Shown here: positions 1 through 8,814 of the stretch, in pieces
How positions within the stretch are numbered: the first letter of the stretch is position 1
How the letters are laid out: every line of letters begins with the position of its first letter
Source of the DNA: an uncultured Algimonas sp.
Lineage (GTDB): Bacteria > Pseudomonadota > Alphaproteobacteria > Caulobacterales > Maricaulaceae
Direction of reading: 5' to 3'
Assembly (NCBI RefSeq): GCF_947498175.1
Contig: NZ_CANMJB010000008.1
Coordinates: 6,234-70,233, forward strand
DNA length: 64,000 nt
The notes under the pieces: model-generated
Told to the model about the DNA's origin: nothing
What the model saw: the letters and a program-made list of their open reading frames with translations, nothing else
Databases searched by the model: none
Program-made: the position numbers and the translations under genes

Positions 1-328
1 ACGGCGCGGCTTGGCGCAGGACCGGGTCGGCGATGTCTTCGACCACGTCGATCATCGGCCAGTCGGCGGGCAGGCGGCGCGTTTCGTTCTGCGCCATGAA
101 GGCGGCCATGAGCCGGGACAGTTCGGGCGTGACGTCCTTGGCCAGTTCCTGGCTGAGACGGAAGAAGACATAGCGTGCTTCCGGCGTCTCGTCGGGAAAG
201 CCGGCCATCATGGTCACGCATTGCTCGGTCTGTTCCGCGTCGAGTGCAAGACGTGGCTGCGCGCGGTCTTGCGCGGCGGCCGTCACGGGGAGCAGCAGCG
301 CGGCGCAAATCGTCAGAAAACGCTTCAT
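1..328 (-). CDS. secreted hypothetical protein, N-terminal part only (gene runs off window start)
   Basis: Absent from the ORF track because it is open to the window edge. Reverse complement of 328..1 reads MKRFLTICAALLLPVTAAAQDRAQPRLALDAEQTEQCV..., a signal-peptide-like N-terminus. Its ATG (328-326) overlaps the TGA (327-325) of the upstream ORF as ATGA. Confidence 0.5.
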   Translation of the reverse strand, partial: MKRFLTICAALLLPVTAAAQDRAQPRLALDAEQTEQCVTMMAGFPDETPEARYVFFRLSQELAKDVTPELSRLMAAFMAQNETRRLPADWPMIDVVEDIADPVLRQAAP

Positions 329-2304
329 CCTGCCCGGTCTCCCATTCTGAAGGGCGAGGCGTTGACCGACCCGTCCGGGGCAGCGCCCATGTCACGGCCG
401 TTATTGAACCGCCGCAGTGCGACAGACCCCGACCGTTCGACCCGCGCGACACCGTTGGCCGCGCCGCCGGAGAAGTTGCCTTCGATGGAATAGCTGCCTT
501 CGGGCGCGCGGACAATGCGGTAGCCCGGACCGTCCGCCCGGCCGGCCCGCGCATGGCCGTAATGTTCGACCAGATTGCCGGCGCGGTTGCGGAACACGCC
601 CACACCGGGCCCGTCTGCCAGGCCGTTCGCACAGGAACCCATCCAGGTGCCGGGTCCGACAGAGCCGGAATAGGCGCAACGGGTCGCCACCGTGTCGAGC
701 GATCGTTGGTTTTCGGCATAGAGCGCGCCGAGCTTGTCCTTGAGGTCTTCTAGCCGGATCGCCGTGATGGTCTCGCTACTGTCGATCAGGTCGACCTGCA
801 CTTCGGTCTGGGCGTTCAGCACGGGAACGACGGATTGCAGATAGTTTTCCCCGATGCTCCGGGACATGCTGTTGCGGCGCATGGCCTCGGTCGCACTGAA
901 GATGGCGCCTTGGATCGCCGCCGTCGTCGCGATCTGATTGCCGCGGTCGGCCCGGCTGCGACGGTTGTTGCGGTCGATGCAGTCGTAATACTGTCCGCGT
1001 GTCTGAGCGCGGCGGCAATCCTCCCGCCCGCTCCCGTCATTGGCGATGGCGGCGCCGGCCACGACAGCCGACAGCACGCCCAGTGCGACGGCGGTGTTCT
1101 GCTGCCGGGCCAGCTTGCGGCGGCGTTCCAGAATGCGGTGCTCTTCCTGCAGCATGTCGCGCACTTGCGCGCCCATCTCGCCATTGACGATGCCGTCATA
1201 GAGGCGCAGCGACTGCACGGAGAGATATTTCTGTTCGGCTTCGAGCAGGCGTTCGGCGTAACGAAGACGCGCGCGGTAGGCCGGATCATGGCTTCCGACC
1301 AGCGTCAGCGCGGCCAGACCTTCGTCATAGTCGGCGATCACGTCGGCCCGGCGCAGCATGGCGGCCTTGGTCGCATCGGTCCGGTTGATAAGTCTGACGA
1401 TCTGATTGGCGAAGGCGTCGGTGAAAGGCGCCTCCAGCACGTCGGCCTTGTCGGCGGCGACAGTGGCGATGGCCTCGCCATTCAACCTGATCTTCTCGAT
1501 GGGATAGCTGCGCACGGTGGCTGCGGCGGGGCGGCCCCTCAAGGGAGAGGTTTCGGGTGCCAGGCGCGGCGTACCGGAGAGGTGGCTGATGATGTCAAGT
1601 TCGGGCACCCCCGTTTCCAGGCGTCCGGCCTGCAACGCCGTGGCGTCGGTGATCGCCTGGGCGTAGTTGCCGCCGGCGGCGGCGGCGATGACGGGGCTGG
1701 AGGCCAGAAGCACGCCTTCCGTGCCGACGGACGTGCGCGGATCTGTCCGGACGGTGACGACCGGCGTGACCAGATCGCCAAAGGTCAGCGGCTTGTCGCC
1801 CATCATGCGTTCCATGTCGGGATAGGTGTAGGCGGTGAAATCGACGGCGACCACGGAAGGCAGGGTTTCGGCCTGCGTCATGGGCTCGGACGTCAGCGTG
1901 CCGTCCGCGGCCTTGACGATCCTGTGCGGGCTGAGCAACACGGAATGTTCGGGCAGGCGCGCCGTCAGTTCGCGGTAGAGCGACATGGCGAAATAGTTGG
2001 ATTTCAGCACGACGGAATTGGCCAGCGCCTTGGTTTCGACCGGGTCCGCCTCGATCTGCCCGCCACCGATCGCCTGCCCGGCATAGGCGGCCGCGAAAGC
2101 CTCTTCGGCGTCCGCTTCTATGAAGGCGGGATAGCGCACGACGGCCAATGCAGTCCCGGTGGGAGCGGTCTGGGACAGCGGCGTTTCGGGGCCGGCCGCG
2201 AAGGCGGTCGCCTGCACGCCCTTCGCGGTGGAGGCGCAGCCGGAGACAATGCCGCCCGCGGCCAGCATGGACGTGGCAAGCAGGCAGGTCAGATGTTGGC
2301 GCAT
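325..2304 (-). CDS. putative lipoprotein with a central hydrophobic helix and C-terminal glycine-rich MORN-like repeats
   Basis: ORF 325..2316. Preferred start is ATG 2304, with GGAG 6 nt upstream, giving MRQHLTCLLATSMLAAGGIVSGC (lipobox). Mid-protein hydrophobic segment TAVALGVLSAVVAGAAIA. The C-terminus has repeated G-x-G...G motifs. No family recognised with certainty. Confidence 0.65.
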   Translation of the reverse strand: MRQHLTCLLATSMLAAGGIVSGCASTAKGVQATAFAAGPETPLSQTAPTGTALAVVRYPAFIEADAEEAFAAAYAGQAIGGGQIEADPVETKALANSVVLKSNYFAMSLYRELTARLPEHSVLLSPHRIVKAADGTLTSEPMTQAETLPSVVAVDFTAYTYPDMERMMGDKPLTFGDLVTPVVTVRTDPRTSVGTEGVLLASSPVIAAAAGGNYAQAITDATALQAGRLETGVPELDIISHLSGTPRLAPETSPLRGRPAAATVRSYPIEKIRLNGEAIATVAADKADVLEAPFTDAFANQIVRLINRTDATKAAMLRRADVIADYDEGLAALTLVGSHDPAYRARLRYAERLLEAEQKYLSVQSLRLYDGIVNGEMGAQVRDMLQEEHRILERRRKLARQQNTAVALGVLSAVVAGAAIANDGSGREDCRRAQTRGQYYDCIDRNNRRSRADRGNQIATTAAIQGAIFSATEAMRRNSMSRSIGENYLQSVVPVLNAQTEVQVDLIDSSETITAIRLEDLKDKLGALYAENQRSLDTVATRCAYSGSVGPGTWMGSCANGLADGPGVGVFRNRAGNLVEHYGHARAGRADGPGYRIVRAPEGSYSIEGNFSGGAANGVARVERSGSVALRRFNNGRDMGAAPDGSVNASPFRMGDRAG

Positions 2305-2389
2305 GACGGACTCCATAGCAGGCGAGGGGACGTTAACAGTTCTGACGGATCGAACCTTAACCGGAGCTGACTTTCGGCTGCTCTGGCTG

Positions 2390-4150
2390 TTATTGCCCTT
2401 GCAACGCTTTTAGGCGGGCGAAGACGCCCTTCCGGCGGCGAAGTTGCGTTTCCGTGCCCTCTTCGACGACCCGGCCGTCTTCGATCACATAGACCTTGTC
2501 GGCGCCGCTGATGGTGGCCAGACGGTGCGCCACGACCAGCGTCGTGCGCCCTTGTGACAGGTGTTCGAGCGCGGCCTGGACCTTGGCTTCGGATTCGGCG
2601 TCCAGCGCGGAGGTCGCTTCGTCCAGCAGCAGGATCGGGGCGTCGCGCAAGATCGCGCGCGCAATGGACAGGCGCTGGCGTTGGCCGCCCGACAGCGTAT
2701 CGCCGGACTCCCCCAGAACCGTGTCGTAGCCGTCCGGCAGGGCCGTGACAAAGTCGTGCGCGGCGGCGGCCTTGGCGGCGGCGATGATGTCGTCTCGCGA
2801 TGCGCCTTCGCGGCCAAGCGCAATGTTGTCGGCGATGGATCCGGAAAATAGCGTCACATGCTGGCTGACCAGCGCGATGTTGCGCCGCAGGCTAGCCAGG
2901 GTGAGATCGCGCACGTCCCGGCCGTCGATGAGCACGCGCCCCTTTCCTACGTCGAACAGGCGTGGGACAAGATTGAGGATGGTGGACTTGCCGCCGCCCG
3001 ACGGTCCGACCAGAGCGATGCGCTGTCCCGGCTCGGCCGTGATCGTCACGCCGTCCAGCGCCTTCGTGCCGTCGGCATAGGTGAAATGGACGTCGTCCAG
3101 TTCGATCCGACCCTTTGCGTCGCCCAGATCGGCGCTGTCTTCGCGTTCCAGTACGGTCGTGCGCAGGTCCGAAATGGCGAAGATGCGCGACAGGCTGGCC
3201 ATCATCTCCTGCACGACATTGTTCATCGTGCCGAGCGCGCGCAGCTTGGGCGCGATGAACAGAACGCCGCCCAGCACGCCGGCGATTTCGCCGCCCGTGA
3301 TGGCGTCGTCGCGCAACAGCCAGATGCCGAAGATCATGACGGCGGCGATGGCGACGCCGCCCAGCACTTCGAGGATCGGATCGACGCGGGCCTGTTGACT
3401 GACCAGTTTCAGGAACAGCCGGATGCGGGTCGCGAAGCTCTCGCCCAGCCGGTCTCGTTCGCGCACCTCCAGCCCGTAGGCCCGGACCAGGCGTGCTCCG
3501 TCGAAGCTCTCCTTCAGCTCCGACGTGATGCGTCCGACATGGGCCTGCGCGTCGTTGGCCGATCCGCGCATCTTCTGCGACAGGGCGATCAGCGGGGCGA
3601 GGGCGAGGATGAAGACGGCGAGCGCGGCGCTGAGTTTCCAGGACAGCCACAGCATGGAGACGATCAGGAAGATCACGGTCAGCACGTCGCGGACCAGATT
3701 GCCGATGATGCGGATCAGCGCGGCCGAGACGACACCCACGTCGGAGACGAAACGCGAAATCAGCATGCCGGACGGCTCAGACGAAAAGGTGGCCAAGTCC
3801 GCGTCCAGCACCGCATCGTACATGTGCGTCTGCATGTCCGCGACGGCCGTCAGGGCGATGCGGTTGGTGGCGATGCGCTGCAGGTAGTTGGTCGCCGCGC
3901 TGATCAGCGGCACGCCGATGGCGATGGGCAGGACCAGCCGGGCATAGTCCTCGACGCTGCCGTCTTGCGTCGCGGCGTCGATGACGATCTGGATGACGAA
4001 GACATAGGCGGAAGTGGCCGCCGCGTAGATCGCCATGTAGAGAGCGGCGAGGACCAGCAGCCCGCGCTGCGGGGCGAGGTAGACCCGCCAGAGACGCCGG
4101 ATCAGCGCCCGGTCCGCGACCTTGGACGGGACGGTGGAGCTGTCAGCCAA
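2390..4150 (-). CDS. ABC transporter permease/ATP-binding protein (ABCB/MsbA-type exporter half-transporter)
   Basis: 586 aa. N-terminal multi-TM domain, Walker A GPSGGGKST, ABC signature LSGGQRQRLSIARA, Walker B ILLLDEATSALD, H-loop VVAHRL. Start is TTG at 4150 and overlaps the upstream stop by 8 nt. Confidence 0.93.
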   Translation of the reverse strand: MADSSTVPSKVADRALIRRLWRVYLAPQRGLLVLAALYMAIYAAATSAYVFVIQIVIDAATQDGSVEDYARLVLPIAIGVPLISAATNYLQRIATNRIALTAVADMQTHMYDAVLDADLATFSSEPSGMLISRFVSDVGVVSAALIRIIGNLVRDVLTVIFLIVSMLWLSWKLSAALAVFILALAPLIALSQKMRGSANDAQAHVGRITSELKESFDGARLVRAYGLEVRERDRLGESFATRIRLFLKLVSQQARVDPILEVLGGVAIAAVMIFGIWLLRDDAITGGEIAGVLGGVLFIAPKLRALGTMNNVVQEMMASLSRIFAISDLRTTVLEREDSADLGDAKGRIELDDVHFTYADGTKALDGVTITAEPGQRIALVGPSGGGKSTILNLVPRLFDVGKGRVLIDGRDVRDLTLASLRRNIALVSQHVTLFSGSIADNIALGREGASRDDIIAAAKAAAAHDFVTALPDGYDTVLGESGDTLSGGQRQRLSIARAILRDAPILLLDEATSALDAESEAKVQAALEHLSQGRTTLVVAHRLATISGADKVYVIEDGRVVEEGTETQLRRRKGVFARLKALQGQ

Positions 4151-5246
4151 TGACGCCGTCTTTATCGGGATCGATCAATTCGTGCGCGTGCAGGATGAAA
4201 TAGCGGGCATGAGCGTTGTCCACCGTGCGCTGCGCGGCAGACTTCCAGGCATCGTGCGCTTCGGCGTAATTGGCGTAGGCCCCGACGAAATCCACTCCGG
4301 CGAGATCCTTGAAGGTGGTCTTGTTCGGATCCACCAGTTCGCCCCCGATGACGAGATGAAGAAGTTGGATCGGCGCTGTGTCGCGGTCGCTCATGGTCGT
4401 CCCCAGAAACGGATTATGCTTCGGCGCGGCCTTGCTGCTGTGGAGCTTGGCCGTCACCGGTTTCAGCTGTTCCATTAGCAAGGCGTGCAGGGGCGGGGAA
4501 GCGCAAATGACGCCCATTCCGCGAGTCGTCTCTCCGCCATAACGCGGCGGATGTCCGTACAGATCCGTCACGGTCGCCCCGGCTTCCGTCGCGATCAGGG
4601 CGGCGGCGGCCACATCCCAGTCCGATTTCGGCGTGAACGACACGGTCGCGTCCGCGTGGCCCCCCGCGACCATGACCATGCGGTAGGCCATGGAATTGCT
4701 GATCCGGACGCGCATGTCGGGGAAACCGGCCCGCTTGAACTTGCGCGGATAGCCGACCATCGTGCAGCCGCCCACGCGCGTGCAATCTCGCACATGCAGC
4801 CTGTTGCCGTTCAGGGTCGCACCGCCGCCGCGCCGGGCCGCGTAGAATTCGTCCTTCAGAGGGTTGATCACGCAACCTGCGACGGCCTTCGTCCCTTCGG
4901 TGATGGCGACGGATATCGCGAAACCCGGCTTGCGATCGATAAAGGCGCGCGTACCGTCGATCGGGTCCACGACGAAGGTGCGTGCCGCGCTCAGACGCGA
5001 CCGGTCGTCCGCCGTTTCCTCCGATAGCCAGCCATACCCCGGTCGGGCGCCCGTCAGCGTGGCATGCAGGTAGTCGTTCACGGCGATGTCGGCATCCGTG
5101 ACCGGATGATTGCCGCCCTTGTCCCAGACCTGATCCTCATTGCGGTTGAAATGATCCAGGCAGATGCGCCCGGCTTCGCGCACGGTGCGTTCCAGCAGGG
5201 CGAGATCGTCCCGGTCGAGCTTTTCGGTGTCGCTATCGCCCGGCAA
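4143..5246 (-). CDS. inositol monophosphatase-family (3'(2'),5'-bisphosphate nucleotidase-like) protein fused in frame to a C-terminal DUF4170-like module
   Basis: 367 aa. IMPase motifs WLSEE, VVDPIDGTRAF and WDVAAA. After a linker, the last 83 aa (MSDRDTAPIQLLHLVIGGELVDP...YFILHAHELIDP) resemble the small alphaproteobacterial DUF4170 protein. There is no stop codon between the two parts. TTG start at 5246. Confidence 0.8.
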   Translation of the reverse strand: MPGDSDTEKLDRDDLALLERTVREAGRICLDHFNRNEDQVWDKGGNHPVTDADIAVNDYLHATLTGARPGYGWLSEETADDRSRLSAARTFVVDPIDGTRAFIDRKPGFAISVAITEGTKAVAGCVINPLKDEFYAARRGGGATLNGNRLHVRDCTRVGGCTMVGYPRKFKRAGFPDMRVRISNSMAYRMVMVAGGHADATVSFTPKSDWDVAAAALIATEAGATVTDLYGHPPRYGGETTRGMGVICASPPLHALLMEQLKPVTAKLHSSKAAPKHNPFLGTTMSDRDTAPIQLLHLVIGGELVDPNKTTFKDLAGVDFVGAYANYAEAHDAWKSAAQRTVDNAHARYFILHAHELIDPDKDGVIG

Positions 5247-6597
5247 TCGTCAGGCCTTCGACCAGCAGGCTCGGGGCGTTGGTGTCGTATTCGTGCTTCA
5301 AATCCGATCCGGGAACCAGGCTCGCAAAGACATCGCGCAGATTGCCGGCGATCGTGACTTCGCTGACCGGTTGGGCGCGCGCGCCGTTCTCGATGGCGAA
5401 ACCCGACACGCCGACGGAATAGTCGCCCGTGTTCGGGTTGAGCGATGGGCCGAACATTTCGCGCACCAGTAACCCGTGCCCGGCCTTGGCGATGAGCGCG
5501 TCTTGCGAAAGCTCGCCCGGCATCAGGGCGACGTTCGACGTGCTGATCCCCGGAGGGCCGCTGAGGCCGCGTGCGCCATGGCCATTGGTCTTCATGCCGA
5601 GTTGCCGTGCCGCGCTGGTATTGAGCAGCCAATCGTTCAGCCGTCCGCCCCGGATGATGTCGAACGGTCCTGTCGCCACGCCCTCGCCGTCGAAGGGCCG
5701 GGAGGAGAGGCCGCGCGGCCGGAGCGGGTCTTCGACGATGTCAATGCCGCTCGGGAACAGCCTCTCGCCGCGATCGTCTTTCAGGAAGGACACGCCGCGC
5801 GCCACCGCACTGCCGCCGATGGCGCCGATCAGTGCAGAGACGAGGCTGGCCGAGACGCGGCGGTCGAAAAGGACAGGCAGAGCGCCAGACGCCATCGATG
5901 TCGCTCCCAACCGGGCGACGGCGCGTTCGCCTGCGTTGCGGCCGATCGTTTGCGGATCTCGCAGATCTTCGAACCAGCGCGTGCCGTCATGATCGTAATC
6001 GCGCTCCATCGCGCCGTCGCGTTCCGCCAAGGCGGAGACGGAGAGGCCGTGGCGGGAGGCGGAGTAACCGCCGTCGAATCCCGCGCTGGTGCGCAGCCGG
6101 ACCGCCGACCAGGCCAGGCTGGCCGAGGCCCCTTCGGCCTGTCGCACGCCGGGAACGGACAGGGCGGCGGCTTCGATTTCGAGTGCGCGGCGCTGCAGGG
6201 CAGCCGGGTCCGGTTCGCTCGAATCGAACAGCTCCAGCCCCTGCGCATCGCGGCGCGCCGACAGGCGGTCGTCTGGGACGAGGCCGCAATAGGGGTCTTC
6301 CGGTGCCAGCTTGGCCATGGCCACGGCGCGTTCGGCCAGGCGATGGATCGAGCCGTGCGACAGGTCCGATGACGACACGCAGGCCTGCCGCCGCCCGACG
6401 ATCACGCGCAAGCCGATGTCGTAACCTTCACTATTGTCGATATCCTCGAGTTCGCCGCCCCGCACCGTGATGGATGAGGCACGGCCATAGAGTCCGATCG
6501 CGTCGGCCGCGTCCGCGCCGGCCGCGCGGGCCAGATCCAGCAATGCGCCGAGCGGGGCGTCGAGCGGTTCCAGGGAAACAGGATCGGAGAGGGCCAA
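5233..6597 (-). CDS. pmbA: TldD/PmbA-family metalloprotease modulator, PmbA (TldE)-like
   Basis: 454 aa with typical PmbA layout (..GGELEDIDNSEGYDIGLRVIVG.., C-terminal GDYSVGVSGFAIENG). No HExxxH motif, so PmbA-like rather than TldD-like. TTG start abuts the upstream stop. Confidence 0.85.
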   Translation of the reverse strand: MALSDPVSLEPLDAPLGALLDLARAAGADAADAIGLYGRASSITVRGGELEDIDNSEGYDIGLRVIVGRRQACVSSSDLSHGSIHRLAERAVAMAKLAPEDPYCGLVPDDRLSARRDAQGLELFDSSEPDPAALQRRALEIEAAALSVPGVRQAEGASASLAWSAVRLRTSAGFDGGYSASRHGLSVSALAERDGAMERDYDHDGTRWFEDLRDPQTIGRNAGERAVARLGATSMASGALPVLFDRRVSASLVSALIGAIGGSAVARGVSFLKDDRGERLFPSGIDIVEDPLRPRGLSSRPFDGEGVATGPFDIIRGGRLNDWLLNTSAARQLGMKTNGHGARGLSGPPGISTSNVALMPGELSQDALIAKAGHGLLVREMFGPSLNPNTGDYSVGVSGFAIENGARAQPVSEVTIAGNLRDVFASLVPGSDLKHEYDTNAPSLLVEGLTIAGR

Positions 6598-6996
6598 TCA
6601 GACGGGTCCGTTCTGGAAGATGAGAAACAGGATGTAGAGCCCCTGGCCGAGAAAGACCAACAGGGTCATCATCGTGCCGATCAGGCGGCCTGAGCCGAGC
6701 GTGCCGCGCATGCCGAGAAAGTGCAGGAGCCGTCCGGCGATGTAGGTCGCGCCGAAGAGGTGCAACATGACCGGCGGGCCGCTCAGCATGGCGATGGCGA
6801 TTAGGCCGATCAGGACGAGCGGCGCGACTTCGACGAAATTGCCGTGGGCGCGGATCCGGGCCTGCATGTCGGCATCGCCGCCATCGCCGAGATTGATGCG
6901 TTTTTTCTGCCGCACCAACCCGATGCGCAGCATCAGGAACGGATTCATTAGAAGGGTGAGCGCGACGTAGAAGGCGACGATCTGGAAAGTGGTCAT
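6598..6996 (-). CDS. MAPEG-family membrane protein
   Basis: 132 aa with about 4 hydrophobic helices. Contains RIRAHGNFVEVAPLVL, typical of the MAPEG/glutathione-transferase-like membrane family. ATG start. Confidence 0.78.
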   Translation of the reverse strand: MTTFQIVAFYVALTLLMNPFLMLRIGLVRQKKRINLGDGGDADMQARIRAHGNFVEVAPLVLIGLIAIAMLSGPPVMLHLFGATYIAGRLLHFLGMRGTLGSGRLIGTMMTLLVFLGQGLYILFLIFQNGPV

Positions 6997-7007
6997 GAGG
7001 CGGTGTC

Positions 7008-7682
7008 CTAGGCGTCTGGCGGGCTGTTCAACGCATCCTTGAACGCGCGCTTGTGCGTCTCCGGATCCTGCGCGCCCTGCACGGCGAATTGCCCGTTATA
7101 GATGAAGGTCGGCACACCCGACACGCCGAGACCGCGGAAGAATTGGGCTTCCTGCTGGATCTCCAGCTTGTCGTCGCCGCGCGCCAGCATCTCGCGGACC
7201 AGCTCGCCATCCAGTCCGGCATCGATCGCGATGTCGGCCAGCACGTTCGTGTCGCCGATGTCTCGGCCCTGTTCGTGATAGGCGCGGAACAGGCGTTCCG
7301 CGACGGCCCCGCCTGCATCCTGCCCTTGCGCCCATTTCAGCAGGCGGTGAGCGTTCAGGCTGTTGGGCCGCCGCGTGATCGCGGAGAAGTCGAAATCGAT
7401 GCCATGCCGCTTGCCCGCCTTTTCGAGATGGGCGCGCGCTTGCTTGAACCGGTCCTGGTCATCAGCACCGAACTTCGCGGCCATGTAGTCGCGGTAGTCC
7501 TGCCCGTCATCCGGCACGGACGGGTCGAGCATGTAGGGGCGGAAGGTCAGACCGGGCTCGGGTTTGGTTCCCTTGGCGGCAGCCATGAATTGCTTGTAGC
7601 CGAGCCAGCACCAGGGGCAGACGAAGTCCGACACCATATCGACCTGAATGGGGGTATCGCTCATGGCCGTGCGCTTAGACAT
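7008..7682 (-). CDS. DsbA-family (FrnE/HCCA-isomerase-like) thiol oxidoreductase
   Basis: 224 aa. CPWC active site within DFVCPWCWLG, and C-terminal GVSGVPTFIYNG. An alternative start, ATG 7664, is possible. Confidence 0.88.
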   Translation of the reverse strand: MSKRTAMSDTPIQVDMVSDFVCPWCWLGYKQFMAAAKGTKPEPGLTFRPYMLDPSVPDDGQDYRDYMAAKFGADDQDRFKQARAHLEKAGKRHGIDFDFSAITRRPNSLNAHRLLKWAQGQDAGGAVAERLFRAYHEQGRDIGDTNVLADIAIDAGLDGELVREMLARGDDKLEIQQEAQFFRGLGVSGVPTFIYNGQFAVQGAQDPETHKRAFKDALNSPPDA

Positions 7683-7697
7683 AGCGGGTGGGCTTGT

Positions 7698-8300
7698 CTA
7701 ACCTTCTACCCGGTAGGCGCGGATGATGGCGACAGGTTCGGTCAGATATTGATTGTCGGTCACGGGCAGGGGGCTTTGGCCGCCGGCATCTCGCGCTTGG
7801 ATGGCTTCGACCACGTCCATTCCCCGCACGACCGTGGCGAAGCCGGCATAGCCTTCCCCATCGGGATTGCGCACGCCGCCCGTATCCAGAAAGCTGTTGT
7901 CGCCGATATTGATGAAGAAATAGGCGGCGCTACCCGTTCCGGGCGCGTCGCGGGCAATGCTGACCGTGCGGCGCACATTGGACAGGCCGGTATCCGTCGT
8001 GCGTTCGTGCGCGATAGGAGGCGTGACCGGCTCCTGCGACAGAAGCCCGCCCTGGATCAGGCTCATTCCCATGGCGCGCGGATCGTTATCCGCTCTGACG
8101 ACCCGGTAGAAAGCCTCCCCGTCATAGAGTCCCCGGTCGACATGCATCAGGAAATCCCCGCTTGAGACAGGCGCCGCGTCGCTGTGGACCTCTATCTCGA
8201 TCGCGCCGAGTTCGGTCAGCATGACGATATTTGGGCGCTGATCCGGAACGGTCGCGCAAGCGGCGAGGGCGAAAGCTATCGGCAGAAGGGAGTGTTTCAT
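7698..8300 (-). CDS. cyclophilin-type peptidyl-prolyl cis-trans isomerase, lipoprotein
   Basis: The ORF track extends to 8468. Preferred start is ATG 8300, giving MKHSLLPIAFALAAC (lipobox). Cyclophilin motifs FYRVV, GTGSAAYFFINIGDN and GFATVVRGMDVV. Confidence 0.88.
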   Translation of the reverse strand: MKHSLLPIAFALAACATVPDQRPNIVMLTELGAIEIEVHSDAAPVSSGDFLMHVDRGLYDGEAFYRVVRADNDPRAMGMSLIQGGLLSQEPVTPPIAHERTTDTGLSNVRRTVSIARDAPGTGSAAYFFINIGDNSFLDTGGVRNPDGEGYAGFATVVRGMDVVEAIQARDAGGQSPLPVTDNQYLTEPVAIIRAYRVEG

Positions 8301-8379
8301 CCTGCCGTTACTAGGCCACGGCGGCGTGGTGCGCCACTGCCTTGCGGAAAACACCGGCGGCGCTATCCCGGACGGCGTG

Positions 8380-8811
8380 ATGCATTTGCAGAAGCTCTCC
8401 GTCGGGTCGAAATCGATCCAGACGCTGGCCGACTGGCAGAAGACGGTCGTCGGGCGCCGCAGGGCCAAGGGACTGTCGGCTCATCACGAACACGTCACCC
8501 GCATGTTCCCCAAGCAGAAGGAGGCCATCGAAGCGGGTGGGTCGATCTATTGGGTGATCAAGGGCATGATCCTGTGCCGCAATCCCGTCGTCCGGCTCGA
8601 AGAGGTCACGCGCCGCGACGGGGTGAAGGCCTGTTCCATCCTGATGGAGCCGACGCCGGTTCCGGTCGTGCCGACGCCGCGCCGAGCCTTTCAGGGCTGG
8701 CGCTACCTCAAGCCCGAAGACGCGCCAGAGGATCTGGGCAATGCGCTCGGCGAGGGCGATGCGCTTCCGCCCAAACTGATGCGCAAGCTTGTCGAACTGG
8801 GGGCCTGGTAG
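8380..8811 (+). CDS. DUF1489-like conserved alphaproteobacterial protein
   Basis: Preferred start is ATG 8380 (MHLQKLSVGSKSIQTLADWQ...). Motifs SIYWVIKG and RAFQGWRYLKPEDAP match my memory of the DUF1489 family. Confidence 0.72.
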   Translation: MHLQKLSVGSKSIQTLADWQKTVVGRRRAKGLSAHHEHVTRMFPKQKEAIEAGGSIYWVIKGMILCRNPVVRLEEVTRRDGVKACSILMEPTPVPVVPTPRRAFQGWRYLKPEDAPEDLGNALGEGDALPPKLMRKLVELGAW

Positions 8812-8814
8812 CCC

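Noticed and set aside
2347-2356. GGTTCGATCC (minus strand), which resembles a tRNA T-loop.
   Set aside because: The flanking bases cannot form a T-stem (taagg / cgtca), and no acceptor or anticodon arms can be drawn. It lies in an 85-nt gap between two coupled genes.
835-2370. 511-aa plus-strand ORF antisense to the lipoprotein gene. Similar long antisense ORFs occur at 2858..4153, 8845..11721, 26346..28097, 32305..34605, 38311..39447, 43959..45362 and 52156..53502.
   Set aside because: Their translations are R/G/A/D/H-rich with no motifs. In each case the opposite strand encodes a protein with clear family signatures (ABC transporter, TonB receptor, S1, antiporter and so on). Long stop-free antisense frames are an expected artefact of high-GC coding DNA.
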